In this document: piece after piece, positions 24,351 to 38,491 of the stretch
Position numbering within the stretch: position 1 is the stretch's first letter
Layout of the letters: each line of letters begins with the position of its first letter
Source: Atractiella rhizophila
Taxonomy: Eukaryota
Length of the DNA stretch: 64,000 nucleotides
Direction of reading: 5' to 3'
Assembly: GCA_021432655.1 (NCBI GenBank)
Contig: MU271382.1
Span: 1 to 64,000 of the forward strand
Translations under genes and position numbers: made by a program
Notes under the pieces: model-generated
Seen by the model: only the letters and a program-made list of their open reading frames with translations
Told to the model about the DNA's origin: nothing
Database searches by the model: none

Positions 24351-27109
24351 GCTAACCTGAATTCACAGCATTTTGTATGAGATAGGTCATAGAACACGAC
24401 TGTTGACAGGAATCAAAGGTTTTGAGATACGAGCCCTTTCCAAGACCCAATCCTAACTCGTTACACTCTCCACTCCATGAGCATATGCCGGCAATTCTGG
24501 GTTTGTTTGACTTAGTGGCGAGGTGGGTTAGCAATGGTTTTCACCCGTTATTGCCCATGTGACATAATTTCCAGAAGGGGTGTTTCATGTTCAGCCGAAA
24601 AAGTTCAAACCAACCCATGTTGAAACTTTCATATTACTCTCTCTACATTTGCCTGTTGGCATAACTCACACTAAACTAGTCCATTAGCCCCTGAGGGTTA
24701 TTTAGGACCGCACCAGGCCCATATTTTGTTTCTACACCTTGCTGGATCCGACAGTTACAGAGTGTTTGGGGATGGCAAGGTGCTTTTAAACCTCATTTAC
24801 CTCATTTTGAGCTCCGGCCATGACGTGAGATCCCATTCTTGACAACTCTCAGCATCCGATGGGCTCATCAAGTCTCGGCAAGGGAGGAAGGAAAGAGAGA
24901 GCCAGAGTTACTCCGGGTTGACTGTGGGAGACTGCTCAAGGTGCGCCGACTGGTCTTTTCTGGTTACAGTTAGGGTTATTGTGTTTAGAAGGTTTCGTGC
25001 ATATCTGAGAGTTAAGGTGATGTAAAGATACATGGGCACTGGCGCAGGCTTTTCAATTGGAGTCGTTTAAGTGAAAAATATTAGATTCAGGGATAGGTTT
25101 ACACCCATTGATCAAATAGGGAACAAAAAGTGTTGTGGAGAGTGAATCGATGGAGTGCTGGCGAAGTACAGTGTTTTCCTTTGGCTCCAATTGAAATTGT
25201 GCCGCAGGAGGATTGAGGATCGTTTGACATTAACTGAATTGCAAGAAGAGAAAGATAGATCTTAAGGACGTCGGAGATGGTGTGTTGGTTGTAGTCTGTT
25301 TCTCCGTTAGAAATTGCAAACTAACGCTAACGCTTTCCACCACTTCATCATGATTGCATCATGAGACTTACGAGTTCTTCCCGCAGCACTGGAAGATCTG
25401 TCCATCCTTCATTTCCTACCTTTTGTTCTTGCGTCTGACAAACTGCTCGTCCTGAGTTTATCCCTCATGCTCTCAACTCCGCCTGCTTCTATGCATCCTT
25501 ACTTACGGATGATTTTTGGTTCAGATATCTCCTCCACCGTATTCCTCTCGTCTTCTTCTCTCTCCACTATCAATTCGCACTATTTAGTTGCCTTTTACCT
25601 GGTTCTCCTGCTTGCTAATGGCGTCCGCTGCAGATATTATTTCTTAGAGTCTTCCGGCGTTCAACAAATCAGTACTCGCTCTAGTCTAATTATCATCGGC
25701 GCCATCTATCATCCTTTTTCAACGCGATGGATACCTCACTCAACCCCTCTTCATCACATACCAACGATCACGATCATGAAGGCCGTGGAAAATTGTCTGA
25801 TGACGATAACCGATGGGGCGCCAAATCGCAGGAAATTCCATCTCTGTAGAACGTGACGCAGTTCACACCGTCTCGGTGCCGCAGTTGCATCCTCAACCCA
25901 ACCCATTTCTGGTCAAAGCGGCAATTCTAGCTCAGCAATTTCACACCCTCTTACATACCGCTGAGAGCCGATGTTCCCACCCCAATAGCTATCTTATTCT
26001 TGGTCTCCTCCCAAGTTTAAACTCCCAAATCTTCAAAGTCCCGGAGAATGTCAAAAAGACAACAGAACAACAAGTTCGAATCCTCGCCATCAACAACGAG
26101 GCATCAACAATGGCGGCATCTGTACTGTCCCCACCCTTTACATGCTTGAAGTTGTCATGCTCCAAGTTGGGGACCTCCTTCAAGTTCCAGAGGGAGAAGA
26201 CGTCTGGCCGTGCGATGTTTTCGATCCCATCTGCGGGACTTCCACAGGAGGGTGGATTGCCCTTATGTTCGGACAATTGGGAATGACTTTCGAGAATGCA
26301 TACGTGCATATGAGCAGATCTACCACATGTTTTCTCCGTAGATGCTCTAATCTCAAAAGAAGGCAACTCATACTCTGAAGAGAGGCTCGAAGCCGTCTTC
26401 TTTGAGATCATTGCACAGTTCGCTCCATCATCAGAACAATTGTCCCATCTTCCTATGAAGGATGGCAATGTCGCAGATCAATGCAACACTTTTGTCGGCT
26501 CAAGATACGAATCAGCGGCGGTCATTTTGACGGAGCTGTGCACGTACGACGCCCATCATTCACCTCGCTTTGCTGTTCAATGTGTGGTGTGGAAAGCAGC
26601 AAGAGCACCAGAATACGAAAGATACTAGGCATCAAGAAACCAATCTCCTGCTAGCGGCTATCACAAGGCTCAGCAGATCGAGGCAGAGATAGGGAACGGC
26701 AGTAAAAAGAGTGCACAGTAGAAGGCAGTTGTGGTTCTGGTGTTGTCATTCCCTCTCTTTGCTGCTTCCAACGTCCTTTCCAAGCCTTCCCTCAGTTGAA
26801 CGCATAGTGACTCGGTCCATTTTCTCCTCGCTACAGTATTCGGTATCTCCTCTCCATCCTCTCTTCTTCAGGTGGAGTGGAAGCGATCAAGACGTCTGAG
26901 ATCTACCTCCTCAGCACAACCCTGCAAATGGTTCGCAAACACAACGCTGGACTGCCGTTTGTCCCGCACTTATCCCTCCTTGGCGTATGATTGTCACATG
27001 AAAGTATGTACGGACTGGATGGGGTACGTCACAAATGTTGTGTGTGAGGTCGCATGTAGCCGTCAAAACCAGCGAGAGATACGAGGTGCGATTCACTGTG
27101 GTAGGATTT

Positions 27110-27328
27110 GGAAATGCGGACACATAAGGGTGAGGAACTGTTCGAAAAGTAAGCTAATAGTGGAGGTGTCATATAATGATGTACTTGCCAAATTCCTCCT
27201 CTCCCCAATCCTGACCCAGTTCTCTGCTCCGCCAACCATCATCCGAGCTCTACCCTATGCGGCCTAGTGCCATACCTGGTAAGGCTAGCCTCATGCTCAT
27301 CAGCGCAGCTGACATGGTCCTGACAAAG
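27110..27328 (+). repeat. Dispersed ~220-bp repeat, copy 1
   Basis: Collinear, highly similar to 54490-54715 (GGAAATGCGGACACATAAGGGTG...GGTCCTGACAAAG). Confidence 0.85.
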
Positions 27329-28795
27329 CGGCTACCCGTCGTTGGACAAACTTCCAGCCCGATCGTAACACGGAAGGCATTATCTGGTATATCATACCGT
27401 CACTTTCACGACAGGCGTCGTCCTGAACTGCTAGAGCGCCGTCAGTTTATCCCACTCAATAGCGCTGGAAAATTGCCCACAATCCCAATTCCTCAAGGTG
27501 TCATGATACTTATTCACGACTACCCAACTTCGTCAATAACCCACAAGAATTGAGGAAGGCTTTAAATCCCTCTCTGACCCTCTCCGACTTCAGTCACTGC
27601 CAATCCAACACTTTCCAGTGATGTCAGGAGTGGCTTTACTGTCACAGCAGCAGTCATATCTTCCATATCTGATTTTCTCTTCATACTTGGTATCCTCGTC
27701 AAAGTATATTGGAGGCGAAAATGCGACATCGCATTCTCGTATCGCTACCCCAGTGGTGACTTCAGTCACGTCGCATGCTGAAGGTCCGCAGAGCAGCAGG
27801 GAAGGCTTTGCGCTCATTGGGATCGCACTGACTGCCATTGGATGTGCGCTGTATATCGTCAGCGGGACAGCCTACCTTTTTGGTGAGTTGCAATTGCAGA
27901 AGGAGGAGCAAAGGATGGATCAAGTACGTCGGTGGAGGGCAAGGCAGTGGATTCTTCACCTTCAAGTCTGTGTCAGTATCCTGCCGTACCCTGATGACCA
28001 TAGCGATAACTTATCTCTACTAGCTGCCTAAGTCTCTGATCACTGTAGGTCGACGTACCAAAGGAAGTGAAGGCAAAAGTCGTGGTACAGGAAGTTGAAA
28101 GTTTCATTTTGTTGATTCAAAAAGAAACAAGCGGAACGATGAAGCTGACAGCGGGGATGGTGACGATGGTTAGAAGCAGCAAGCGGGAAGGGTTGGGACG
28201 CAATACATATCAGTCCAGAAGCGAAACGAGATCAGAAAATGAGAAGGAAAGCACAAACCATACCTGTTGTCCATTTAGCCCTGTCATCCAAGTTGGTAGG
28301 TTGGGAGAGGTAAGTCCGTCGAAATGTGCGAGAAGGCACAAACACATGCGCGAGGAGTGAGGGTGAATGGTGAAGGCGGGTGCAAAAGGGGAGAGGGAGC
28401 ATGGAGGGAGGACGAAGGGCATGGGGACGCTGGACGTCAGGGACGGCAGGGGAGGGACTCGGAGCAGGTGCAAGCAGAATCTGTGACAATGAAATATTAG
28501 TTGAAAAATGAAAAATACAATGAGAAGAGAAAATGAGAATCAGAAACAATTTGGATGCGCATCTTCCCTTGTGCGGTTTACTACGTGGACCTCATGGACA
28601 AGGGGTTCGGCGGAGGAAGAGTGAGAACTTATTGTTCTCTTGCCGCCACGTCACTTGACGTCAATGGAGGCACGAGGCACCTTCAAGTTCCAAGCGGACC
28701 TTGAACTTTTCTTGTCACTCTTATCACTAAGGGACGATCATTTAACCCTCGTTTACCCCAAAGGCATCCTTATTATTCACAATATTGCCAACATT

Positions 28796-28945
28796 ATGCT
28801 GAGGCATGCACAGCGTAGCAGAGATATTAGACGGGGACAAAAACCACGTTTTTCTCGCAGTAAGAAAGGTTAGTTACTGGCCTTAATTATTGCTTAAGGT
28901 CGTTTTTGACCAGCAAGTACTTCAGGCTGCTTGACTTGCCGAGAA
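28796..28945 (+). pseudogene. Zn2Cys6 transcription factor, 5' part (before insertion)
   Basis: MLRHAQ...FSRSKK G|intron 28869-28925|CLTCRE; continues in frame at 44879 as RRVKCGEEKPECANC. Confidence 0.9.
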
Positions 28946-29259
28946 TTCCCTGTGAACAGTCCAGGCCAGTTTTTTTTGACCACTGGTTTTTAGTGCTGGT
29001 AATTTACCTGGGCAAGGCTGGTAAAAATGAACCAATACCGGGCGAGAAAGCGGGAACGTCGAGCCTGGTTTTTTACTGGTGAGTAAACAGGTTTTTTTAG
29101 CTGTTTTTACTGGGGAAGCCAGTATTCAATGATTCACATTTCTGCAGGCAAAACCACTGCGACGACACCCCGAGTTCAATCAGGATCAAGTAGTACACAC
29201 ACCTTGGTGAGTAGTTGTTCCTTGGAGCAGAAATGCCAGGCTGAACTAACTGCTGCATG

Positions 29260-29655
29260 CTGATTTCACGAGCCAGGTGGACGAGCTGATACGAATTGCT
29301 AGCCGTTCCCAATGTTTGTCGCGATTTCTCTACTTATCAGGGCTCAAACATGCTGAATAGAGAATTTTACAGGTCTAAGAAGCGCTTTCCGCCCTTCTCG
29401 CTCTCGAAAAACAAACCAGTTCGGCATCTGACCAGCCTTCGACGACACGAATGCTTTTGGTGATCGTGAAGTTGTTGAGTGAAAGGAGAGACTGGAATGA
29501 ACTGAAGGAGCAGGTTCAGGCGTTGAGTAAGAAGCATGGACAACTTAGGGAGAGCACGAAGAAGATGGTTGGAGCGGTGATGGAGGTTTGGGAGGCGGCA
29601 AAGGCAGAGGAGGATGAGAGAGAGGGACTGACGGTCAGTCTGAGGGATGTTATGG
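29260..29655 (+). pseudogene. RPN5: 26S proteasome lid subunit RPN5, 5' fragment part 1
   Basis: DFTSQVDELI..|intron|..LLALEKQTSSASDQPSTTRMLLVIV..DWNELKEQVQALSKKHGQLRES..KMV..LRDVM. Confidence 0.88.
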
Positions 29656-29944
29656 CATCGTAAAAAAGCTTTAATGACTGACCAACATTGATCAGGCCAT
29701 TGGTGCCGTCAGGGCTCGGCTAAGTGACCGTGAGTGACCAGCTAGTCAATACCCCGAGATTGTGTGATCAGAAGCGCATCAGAAACTCTAGGCGGCTCAA
29801 TCAGGCACATTTCAAGTAGTGCTCAGGGAACAAGGAGATGTGGTCAGCAGCACGTCAGTAATCATATGCAATTGTATCAGCTTAGTCTCAGTCAGTGAGC
29901 AGATAGTAGGGAGTTGTGGTTGGAAGTGTATCAAGAAATGACCA

Positions 29945-31503
29945 CATCAGCACTTTCTGGACGGGTGTCTATGGAGCTATGAGCCCTATGATAGCTCATA
30001 GGGCTTTTGTCACCTGGTCGCTATCCTAGACCCCTAGGAGCGGCACTATAGCGCTATAGCGCTATGACTGAGTCACCTCGTTTGCTTCCTTATTTCATTT
30101 GCAGGCTCCTTCTCGTGCTTTGTGACATATATGTGCAATGAAATCCATTATATTAATCAAGGCAATCTCATAGTTTACACATCTTGCACTGTAAAATTGA
30201 ATCATTTGCTTGTTCTATCACAACCCATCACGACCTCCTATCCAGCCTACAGTTTCACCGTTCTAATGTTTAAGATAACCTTTTTGATTTGAGGAAAAAC
30301 GTGAGGAAAGAGGGAGGTAGATCGGATGTGCTGTGGGTTGTGTGGAGCCGACCTGTGCTAAACAGGGCGGGTTGACACAAGGTCAACAAACCGTCTTACC
30401 GAAGTGCCTGTCTACTAGCTGTGAGTGAAGGGACTTTGGGAGATATATTGACTCACAAATAGTGCGCAGATCTATGTCAGCAATGTAGCTCAAGTAGATT
30501 GAAACATTTTCATGTCACTTTGCTCCTTCCTCAACTCAGATTAGGACTGCCATTAGAATGATGACCTTACTCACTAGATTCAACACTGAATACTAGAACA
30601 TTTGAAGTTCTGTGGTCTCACCACAGCTTAACAGTCCAAGCCGCTTCAATGACCATCCGTTGACTCCTGGGACCGCTTTTTACCGCATGCATTCAGGGGA
30701 ATTGAAGAGAATGTAAGCAGGTTCTTCACCTCATACGAGCAAGTGGGGCAGAGGCGGATGGAACGGTGTCACGGATGCGCATGAGGAAAGGGCGAGGGGT
30801 AAGCTGTGATGCGGAGCGTAACAGCAAGACCGTTGCAGGTGATAAGAGGTTCGGTGAGGAAGGAGCGTAAGCGGGAGGATGGAGAGAGACAAGGTCTAGA
30901 CAACAATGTAAGAAGAAATATGAAGAGTGTCACACATCTTCCCATCTTGTTCCTCTGACCGACGGTATGCCGAAGAGAAGGACAACACACCTTTAAAACT
31001 TCTCTACACTCCACATAGTCCCACACCTAAATGAGCACAGTTCACAGAAACAACTCCCTTCAGGCTGATCCAGATTCCATAACAGTGATGGGGTTTGTTG
31101 CACACAGTCACAGCACTAGATTGCAGAAGGTGAGTTGGTCAGTTGAGATGCAGCTTCCAGGTCCAGAAAGGATGTCGAGAGAAAGGGAAGGTTTGCACAA
31201 AGGCGACAGCTGCGGAAAATTGGGTAAGGAGATGTTGAAGGAGATGCAGATGAATGTTCGATGCGGATGGACTTTGTGAAAATTTTTCAAGGAGGGCAAC
31301 AGCCCCTAACCCACTGGCCCCCTATGCAATGGAAATGCGGTGAGTCACTCTGGAGCCATGGATTAGTTTCAAAGTTTGCGTTTACAGTTTGCCATAGGTT
31401 CAACGAGGTCCTATAGCACCATAGGACCACCTAGCAGCTCCTAGGAAGGGTCTATACGGTGGTGCTAGGATAGACCGTATAGCACCCAGGGAAATTGCTG
31501 ATG
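29945..31503. mobile_element. Non-autonomous CATC-terminal element nested in Plavaka, 1,559 bp
   Basis: TIR CATCAGCACTTTC / GAAATTGCTGATG (12/13); CA TSD (29943-29944, 31504-31505); CTATAG/CTAGG subterminal repeats. Confidence 0.85.
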
Positions 31504-32537
31504 CAAAGCTGTCAAGTCTGATTCAGCTGGTGATCAGGTCGGTGGGAGCAGCGGAGGGATGTTTGTCAGGTTGGCTCATTCTGCTTATTTTCACTCTTTT
31601 GTGCTGGATGAGTGTCTTGTTCGAGTGCAAGTCGACCGATAGTAATGGATTGCAGCATGCGTACATACACTCCATTTCCCTCCATCTAAAACACTCCCAA
31701 ACCCACACTGCTCGTGAACCCTGCCTCTTACATTATCACGATCCGTCTCTTCGCTTTCTATACTCGTGGCACATCTCACGGTGGGCATCGACGATTAAAC
31801 ATCGGTCGCAGGGGGTGTGCTGTGATAGGAGGGGAAAGCTCGAGCGGTGCATAGAGATGCTAGCCTGGATGCTGGCGGGTACCGGGTGGAGAGCAGGCGG
31901 GCATGAAAACAGGGATAGGAACAAAAGTGAGTGAGTTAAAAGACAGAGAGACGAGTAGGAAGGGGAAGAGGGAACGAACATACCGCTGTCAGATTTCCTG
32001 CAGTCCACCGCAACCCTCCCCACATCTCTCAGAAGCGAAGTGATGAGAAGGAAGACAAGTCAGGGACACATGCATGTTTTGTCTCGATTCGCCGTGTAAA
32101 TATGAATGCAGCAGAAGGCGACAGGCATTCCGGAGCGGATGACAATGTGTTTCTTCCAAAACAAGACGGCTGAGCAAAATGACTTCCCATGTCGCTGTAT
32201 TCATGTTCAAACCTCCACAATGCTCATATTCTCGACAAATTGCGATTCAAAATGACAAAGACATGCAGTAGAGCAAGAGTGCTCCTGAAGCTTACTGCGT
32301 CACTTTCCGCTCAAAATAAGCAGGGAGTGCTTGAAATCTGACGTGACACTCCGTAGCTTTTCAAATTCAGAGTTCATTAACATTCCTCTCCTCTCAGAAG
32401 AGTTCGCTTCATCCAAACACAGACGACAAAAGCACTCACTTGCTCAGTTCAAGTCTCAAACACCGCCTAATTTTATATCCTCTAACCACCTATTTCATTA
32501 TTCAAAGTCAATACAGCGTGAGACTGTGAGATGCAGC

Positions 32538-32562
32538 AGAGAGAGAGAGAGAGAGAGAGAGA
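32538..32562. repeat. (AG)n microsatellite
   Basis: About 12 AG units. Confidence 0.9.
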
Positions 32563-33369
32563 GTAAATGTTGGCGGTTTGCTGCTTGGTTTTGTCTTCCT
32601 TTTGCCACCGGCGGCCGGATTTCGAACTTGGGTGTTTTCAATCCATAACCTGTTTGCCATCGTTCACTGATTTTCTTCGCTCGCTAGGGTCGCCGTTGAA
32701 ACAAGGGAGGGATGGGTGCGATAAAGAGGTCCACCTTCATTGGGGACAATAATTTTGGCCAGCTCTTGCAGTTCAAGTTGCGGTCTGATGTTGCAAAAGT
32801 TGGCAAAGAACCCACAAGAGGCTACTTCCCCTTCGAGTCCGTTGCCAGTTCGAGCACAATGCTAAGAGCAATGGCTCCTCATACTGCATTGCCGAAATAA
32901 CAGAGCTCGCAGTATCATTTTATTGTCGTATGCATTTGTAATGTTACTGACTTCTGTTTGCATTGAGAACAGTCTCCTCGCTCTCTGTCGTTCCCTCTCC
33001 AGCTATCCTGTTTCCCTATCCGTCTCTCCGTCCTTGGTACATTCGTCAATGCCATGATGCACTCCTGCCACTCAACTAATGATCATTAAATTCAACAACG
33101 GCTGATACGAAACGGAACCAGATGAGGTACCTCGGCTGAGGGAGGGAGGGCGGTAGTAAGAATATGTTGGTGTGTTATAGCATTGTACTCATGGCTAGTG
33201 TAGCGGGACATAGAACCATTACTGTAATCAACTCTTTCATCCCCATATTGCCCCCTTCCTTTGAGATATGAGCTATCTTTCATTCGCAAAATTGAATAAT
33301 ATTAACATAAAAATAGACAAGAATATGCTATCTACAATACTTTTGCTATGTCCTTGTAAGGAAATGTTT

Positions 33370-34839
33370 CTATTCTTCAACTTCTTCCTCCTCCGGGTTG
33401 AAGTCAACTTCAAATCCTTCTAAATATCTGCATCGCTTGTACCGTGGTGTGGTGCGGAAGAATCCCTTTCAGCATTGTCCTGTGGAAAGACTTCCTTATT
33501 CCATATAGAGATAAGGTCCGTAAATTTGTCCTCATGCTGTGCTCGGATGGTTGAGAGGAGTTTGACCGTTCTTTCGAAATGTTGTCGATAGTCGTTGACT
33601 TCTGTTGTACCCAGTTTGATGGGTACTGTCCCTTCGGCAGAAAAAGCTACATCGCCGCTAAGCGCATATCGAGCCTTCTGGAGTGTGAACATTGTGTTAT
33701 TTTAAGCATGGATGGGGACATACCAAAGTGGAGGAATAAGCCATCAATGGAATTGTTATTTGATGGATTGACAGGTTGCTTCCCGTGGTTGCTCCGCGAG
33801 CACAACGATTTACACTTGTGATCGTGGCAGGTCCGTGAACAATGATGCGTGCAATCTTCAATTTGTAATCAGCAGTTGCTTGGGACAAAAGGGATTCTTA
33901 CTCTGAAGAGAGCTGGGGAACGAAGATATGCAGCAGCCTTGATTGATTTTTGGTGTGAGCTAGTGCCTTGAGCAGGGACTTCGTAAGCAGCGTAAATGTA
34001 ACTTTCGTGGTTGATATGTCGCTGGATTTCTTCATCTTCTTGACGATTTTTTTGGATCTTCAGTTCTGCAGACGTCGAAGATTTGATTTCGAAGATGTCA
34101 ACAAGATTACTGCGCATTCTAAGAGCATTGTCGCTTTTCTGTTCAGCAAGACCGCGTTGTACCTAGAGCTCGATATCAGAATGCAGCATTACATTGAGTG
34201 AAAGTAAATACTTCACTCTGGAACCAGGCACTGCTGTGCCATTGAACAGCTTCAGGCGGAAGCTGCCCAAAGATGAATTTGAGGAAGTCAGACTTCCGGT
34301 ACTGACGACGGACCTACCGTTCTTGATTCCTTCGCTGCCTATCTCTTCTCTCTTCACTATCTTCTTCCTCTCCACCTTCATCATCATCAGATACCACATC
34401 TGGTTCCGCATCTTGTGGATATTCTGAGGTGTCTGATCGTTTGGCAAAGACACTCTCAAGATGTGTTGGCCAAGGATGGTAGAGGAGCACCGCAGCCTTG
34501 CCAGCACGATAAACTTGAACTTTGGCTAGTTTAGAAGGTGCAGAAGGGATGACCCGAGTAGAGCGACGTCTTTTAGAGGGAGGTTCATCTGAATGAAGCT
34601 GCTCTTTCACTGCTTCAAGCTCTTCTTGCATTTTGGCGCGCTCTTCTCCCTAGGTCTGCTCGTTTTCCTCTGCTCTTGCCACAGCTTCTTGTAGCAACAT
34701 CAATTCTCGATATGCACCATTACGCTACAAACATGTCGTCCTTCCTTGCTGAACAAAAGAAATGGCGCACCTGCCGCTTCAGAGCCCTGTACAGCTCCCT
34801 GTAATCTTTCCTCTGTGGTCTATTTTCTTGGTCTGACAT
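33370..34839 (-). CDS. Plavaka accessory ORF, divergent from the transposase (multi-exon, DUF6532-like C-terminus; premature stop near the end)
   Basis: Coiled-coil N-terminus, PPSKRRRS NLS, acidic tract, YLRSPALFR..IPLMAYSSTL..RYALS; TAG at 33420-33422 just before the final acidic tail. Confidence 0.55.
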
Positions 34840-34984
34840 TTGCCCTTGAATGTTGTGCTGGGGAGAAAGAGTTGTGGGCTTTTATAGCCGTAAGAAGAGG
34901 TAAACAAGAATGACGTCATGACCTCAAGACGCGTCTGCTGTTCTCGTCATGATAAACAAGTTATTATTTCTCCATCAAACGACC

Positions 34985-37900
34985 ATGGCTCCTCAAAACA
35001 CAAAAGTAAACACAATCAGAACCTTACCCGCTGGGAAAGTAGAATGCCCTGACTGCCACAAAGTGTTTTCTTTCGCCAAAGGCGGCATTAAAAGACATCG
35101 TGCACTCCAGCACCCAAAGCCTGCTCAGCGAGCAGGCTGGAAACCCATCAAGCTTGATGGAAGGCGTGTTGGAATATTGTCTGAGAATGTGAGTACACTT
35201 TCTTCATCATTTCATATTGCTGATAATTGAAGCAAGGATATCCCCGACTCAGATGGTTCCGAATCAAATAATGAGGAGGATAATTCGAAGGACGGCACTT
35301 GCTCTTGGGTTCACCACCAACGTGATCGTGTTTCCAACTTGTTTTCAGCTTCCTTAAGAACACACTACTGACATGTGCACTTTTTGAAGAGGCTTTCAAC
35401 GCATCACAACCCCACCAATCTCCGGATCCGTCCATACCAACGACCTTGCCTCTCTCATATTCATCATCCAATCCAGTTTCCACTCCAACCTCCTCGTTAT
35501 CTGACAATGAGGAATGGGACACAGCACTTCTACAAGAACTGGGTGGCCCGTATTTCCAGCTTCTTCATCCGGATTCACTTTCTACAACTCCTTTTTCGTA
35601 CCATTGCCACCACGCTCCTTTCAAATCCGCTAGTACAAGAGAATTATCTCCCTATCATCCCTTTAAAACCGAAGCTGATTTTGATATGGGATCTCATGTC
35701 TTTCATCAAGGAATGACACAACGGGACACTACGGCATACTTTCGCAACCTCAAGAAGCACGGCCTACCGCACTTTACACTCGACTCCTTCAAAGATCTTA
35801 GAGAAACACTCAAGAAGGATAGGATGAGTGTCACCACTGAGGTGCGTCATTTTATCAAACACAGTGCATTGACTTATGCCGGTTAGTTTCAAGAACACCT
35901 GATTTCGGCTGAGTTTGATGGAAAAGTGATACAACATCGTATATTTCTTCGAGATCCAATTGATATTATGAAAGAAGTGATTCGGGACGACTCCACCCGC
36001 CAGCATATGCTGTTTTATCCTGTCAAAAAGTTCAAAAGGACTGGGAACCCGCCGTTCCGCAAGGTGACGGCATATGATGAGCTGTGGACTACTAAGCGCT
36101 GGTGGAAGCTTCAAGTGAGTCTTCTTCATATTAATTCACTCACAAGAGTATCATACTCAAATGTTATCAGGACTTGTTACCCAATCACAACGGGTGCATT
36201 GGTGCCATCATCCTATATTCGGATGGGACGAACGCAGTGAAATTCGGACAAAAGACAGTTCACCCAATCTATATGTGGCTGGGGAATGTACCTTTACGAG
36301 AGAGGAGTGCTAGTGGAAAGGAAGGGTGCCAACTCATTGGCTTTCAGCCCGAAGTAAGTACAATAGCTTTCCCTGTTACTTTATGACATCGATTAACGAG
36401 TGAGTAGATTTGAGGTACAGAACAGCAGAAAAAAAACAAAAAGTTTCGCCTATATTGTCGCTCGGTCTATCATAAAGTTTTGGGGATTGTCCTCAGGCAA
36501 ATACGGCGATTTGAACAAGTGGGTTTCAGGGTTAGAGTTGGCAACGAGTTCGACAAGCTGGTGTTTCCACGCCTTTTCCTTTTGCAGGCTGATCTTGCAG
36601 AGCTGTACGTCGTTTCAAATCATTCGCAATGACATAAGTGACTACTACGACAAGTTACAATATGCTCCTCCTTCTTGGAGTTAACTCTAAATTCAGATGT
36701 CCTGTTTGCCTTGTCCCCAAAGAACACCTCCACCTCATCTCTCATCAATTCCCAAAGAGAACAGTGGAACAGGCTCAATTTCATCTGGAGCAATACCGGC
36801 AGACAGAACAGCACGACGGCGCAACTGCAGCGGTTAAAGAGTTGACAAGTACTTCGTCACTACGTCCTGAAAAAGTGCGTTACCATCCCCTCTGCAGCTG
36901 GATCTTATGCCTCGGTAGTCTGCTTTCTATCGCTTGCGGTGTAGCGATGTTTATGATGCCATTGCAGCGGACTCATTACATGTTTTTGGTGGATTGTACA
37001 AGGATCACATTATGCAGAAGATTTTTGAGAAGCTATCGACAGCAAAGAATGAGAAGGTGCACTCATAGTGAGTAAGTGTTTGTGTAGATCCAGTTTGTTT
37101 ATCAATTTTTATTACAGTCTCCTCTCCCTACCTCCCTATGGCTCTTTACGCCATGTACCCAAACGAGGATTGACTAGCCTGGAGAGCTTTACCTGCATGG
37201 AAATTCAGGATGCGATGAAGGTACCTCTCCGCTTCAGTATTGCTGATATCTAATCATAGAATTGGCAGTGCCTAATTGTTGCTATGATCGGGATTCTTCC
37301 TGCTGAGATCGAACAAGAGGTTATTCCTGCCTTACGATCATTAGCTGTCTTCGAGCTTCTTGTCAAGATGCACGTTCAAGAGGAAGATCAAATCGCAGTG
37401 CTACGAAATGAGAAGATTTCATCCTTTGAAGCTGCTCTCAAGGTACATTTCAAGTTTCTGAGGGAGTCTCTAATCCAATTTCCTAATGGTGGGGTTTAGA
37501 CACTGCACGAGCATTTTGGCATGTCGACTAAATTTCCAAAGGGTCACCTACCTGTACATTTTGTTCACATGATCAGCAAAGGTGGAACGCTGGACCATCA
37601 GACCACTGCACATGGAGAGCGAGCACACTGTCCTCTCAAAGAGACCTTCATCGCTCGCGCTGTTCACAGTACGATCGATGGAGAAACTGAAGAATCAGTG
37701 AGTTCACATATTCACAGTTAACTTTAGCTCAAGCAGGTACTTAGATGGCGCATCGTGCATTTGAATTGATGCAGCTCCAAGCGATTCAACGACGGGTTGA
37801 TGCAGCCAATGCATCGCAGCTTGACTGCTCAGCGTGAGACGTCAACTTTCTGTCTCTACGGCTCGTCAAAGGATTTTTATATTAAAACCTACTTCTGCAA

Positions 37901-38491
37901 AATAGCAATAGAATTCAACAACGCCGAGATCTTATCAATGCTCTTCGACTCTTCCTCCTTCGGCTGATGAATCCTTCGACCCCAGCGCGTGTCCGCCAAC
38001 AGCAGCTGCCGCAGATTGATCGGTCTATGGTATGTCCACCTTCAATTCAAGATAGTCATTGATGTATCTCCCAGATTTGTGATTACACGCTCTTCCGTTG
38101 CCCGTTCAACTCATGGATGGATGAAAGGGAGTACGAAGACCTCATCCGCTGCCACCCTGATTGGCAAACGAGCGGGAAACCACGCTACAACGATGTAATA
38201 ATCAGAAATGAAGACTGCACTATCTCTTTTGGGCAACTAGTCCGTTTGTTTTCTTGTCGTGTGGATGGGCGGGAGTTCCAGCTGTTATTACTTCGTGAAT
38301 ACCAGTGGGTCGGAAGGCACCATTTGTCAGGGATGCCTTTCCTCAAAGAACAGGAGGTATTCAGATTCCATCTTCCCACTAGTATTGTTCGCAGTCGCTA
38401 TGTTCAACCGGATCCCATTGACGATGGTTTCTACCATGTCAATGATCTCGCAGAAGCAGATCTATTTCTTCGGTTTCAAAATTTATCCTGA
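34985..38491 (+). pseudogene. Plavaka transposase with N-terminal C2H2 finger (multi-exon, some stops)
   Basis: CPDCHKVF..KRHRALQH; RDPIDIMKE, YDELWTTKRWW, IILYSDGT..FG..VHPIYMWLGN, ADLAE, CPVCLVP, FPKGHLPVH, GERAH, CHPDWQ..PRYNDV. Confidence 0.88.

Noticed and set aside
25420..26640. Possible further F-box/LRR-like pseudogene
   Set aside because: Only a vague leucine-rich character with many stops; no motif I can support
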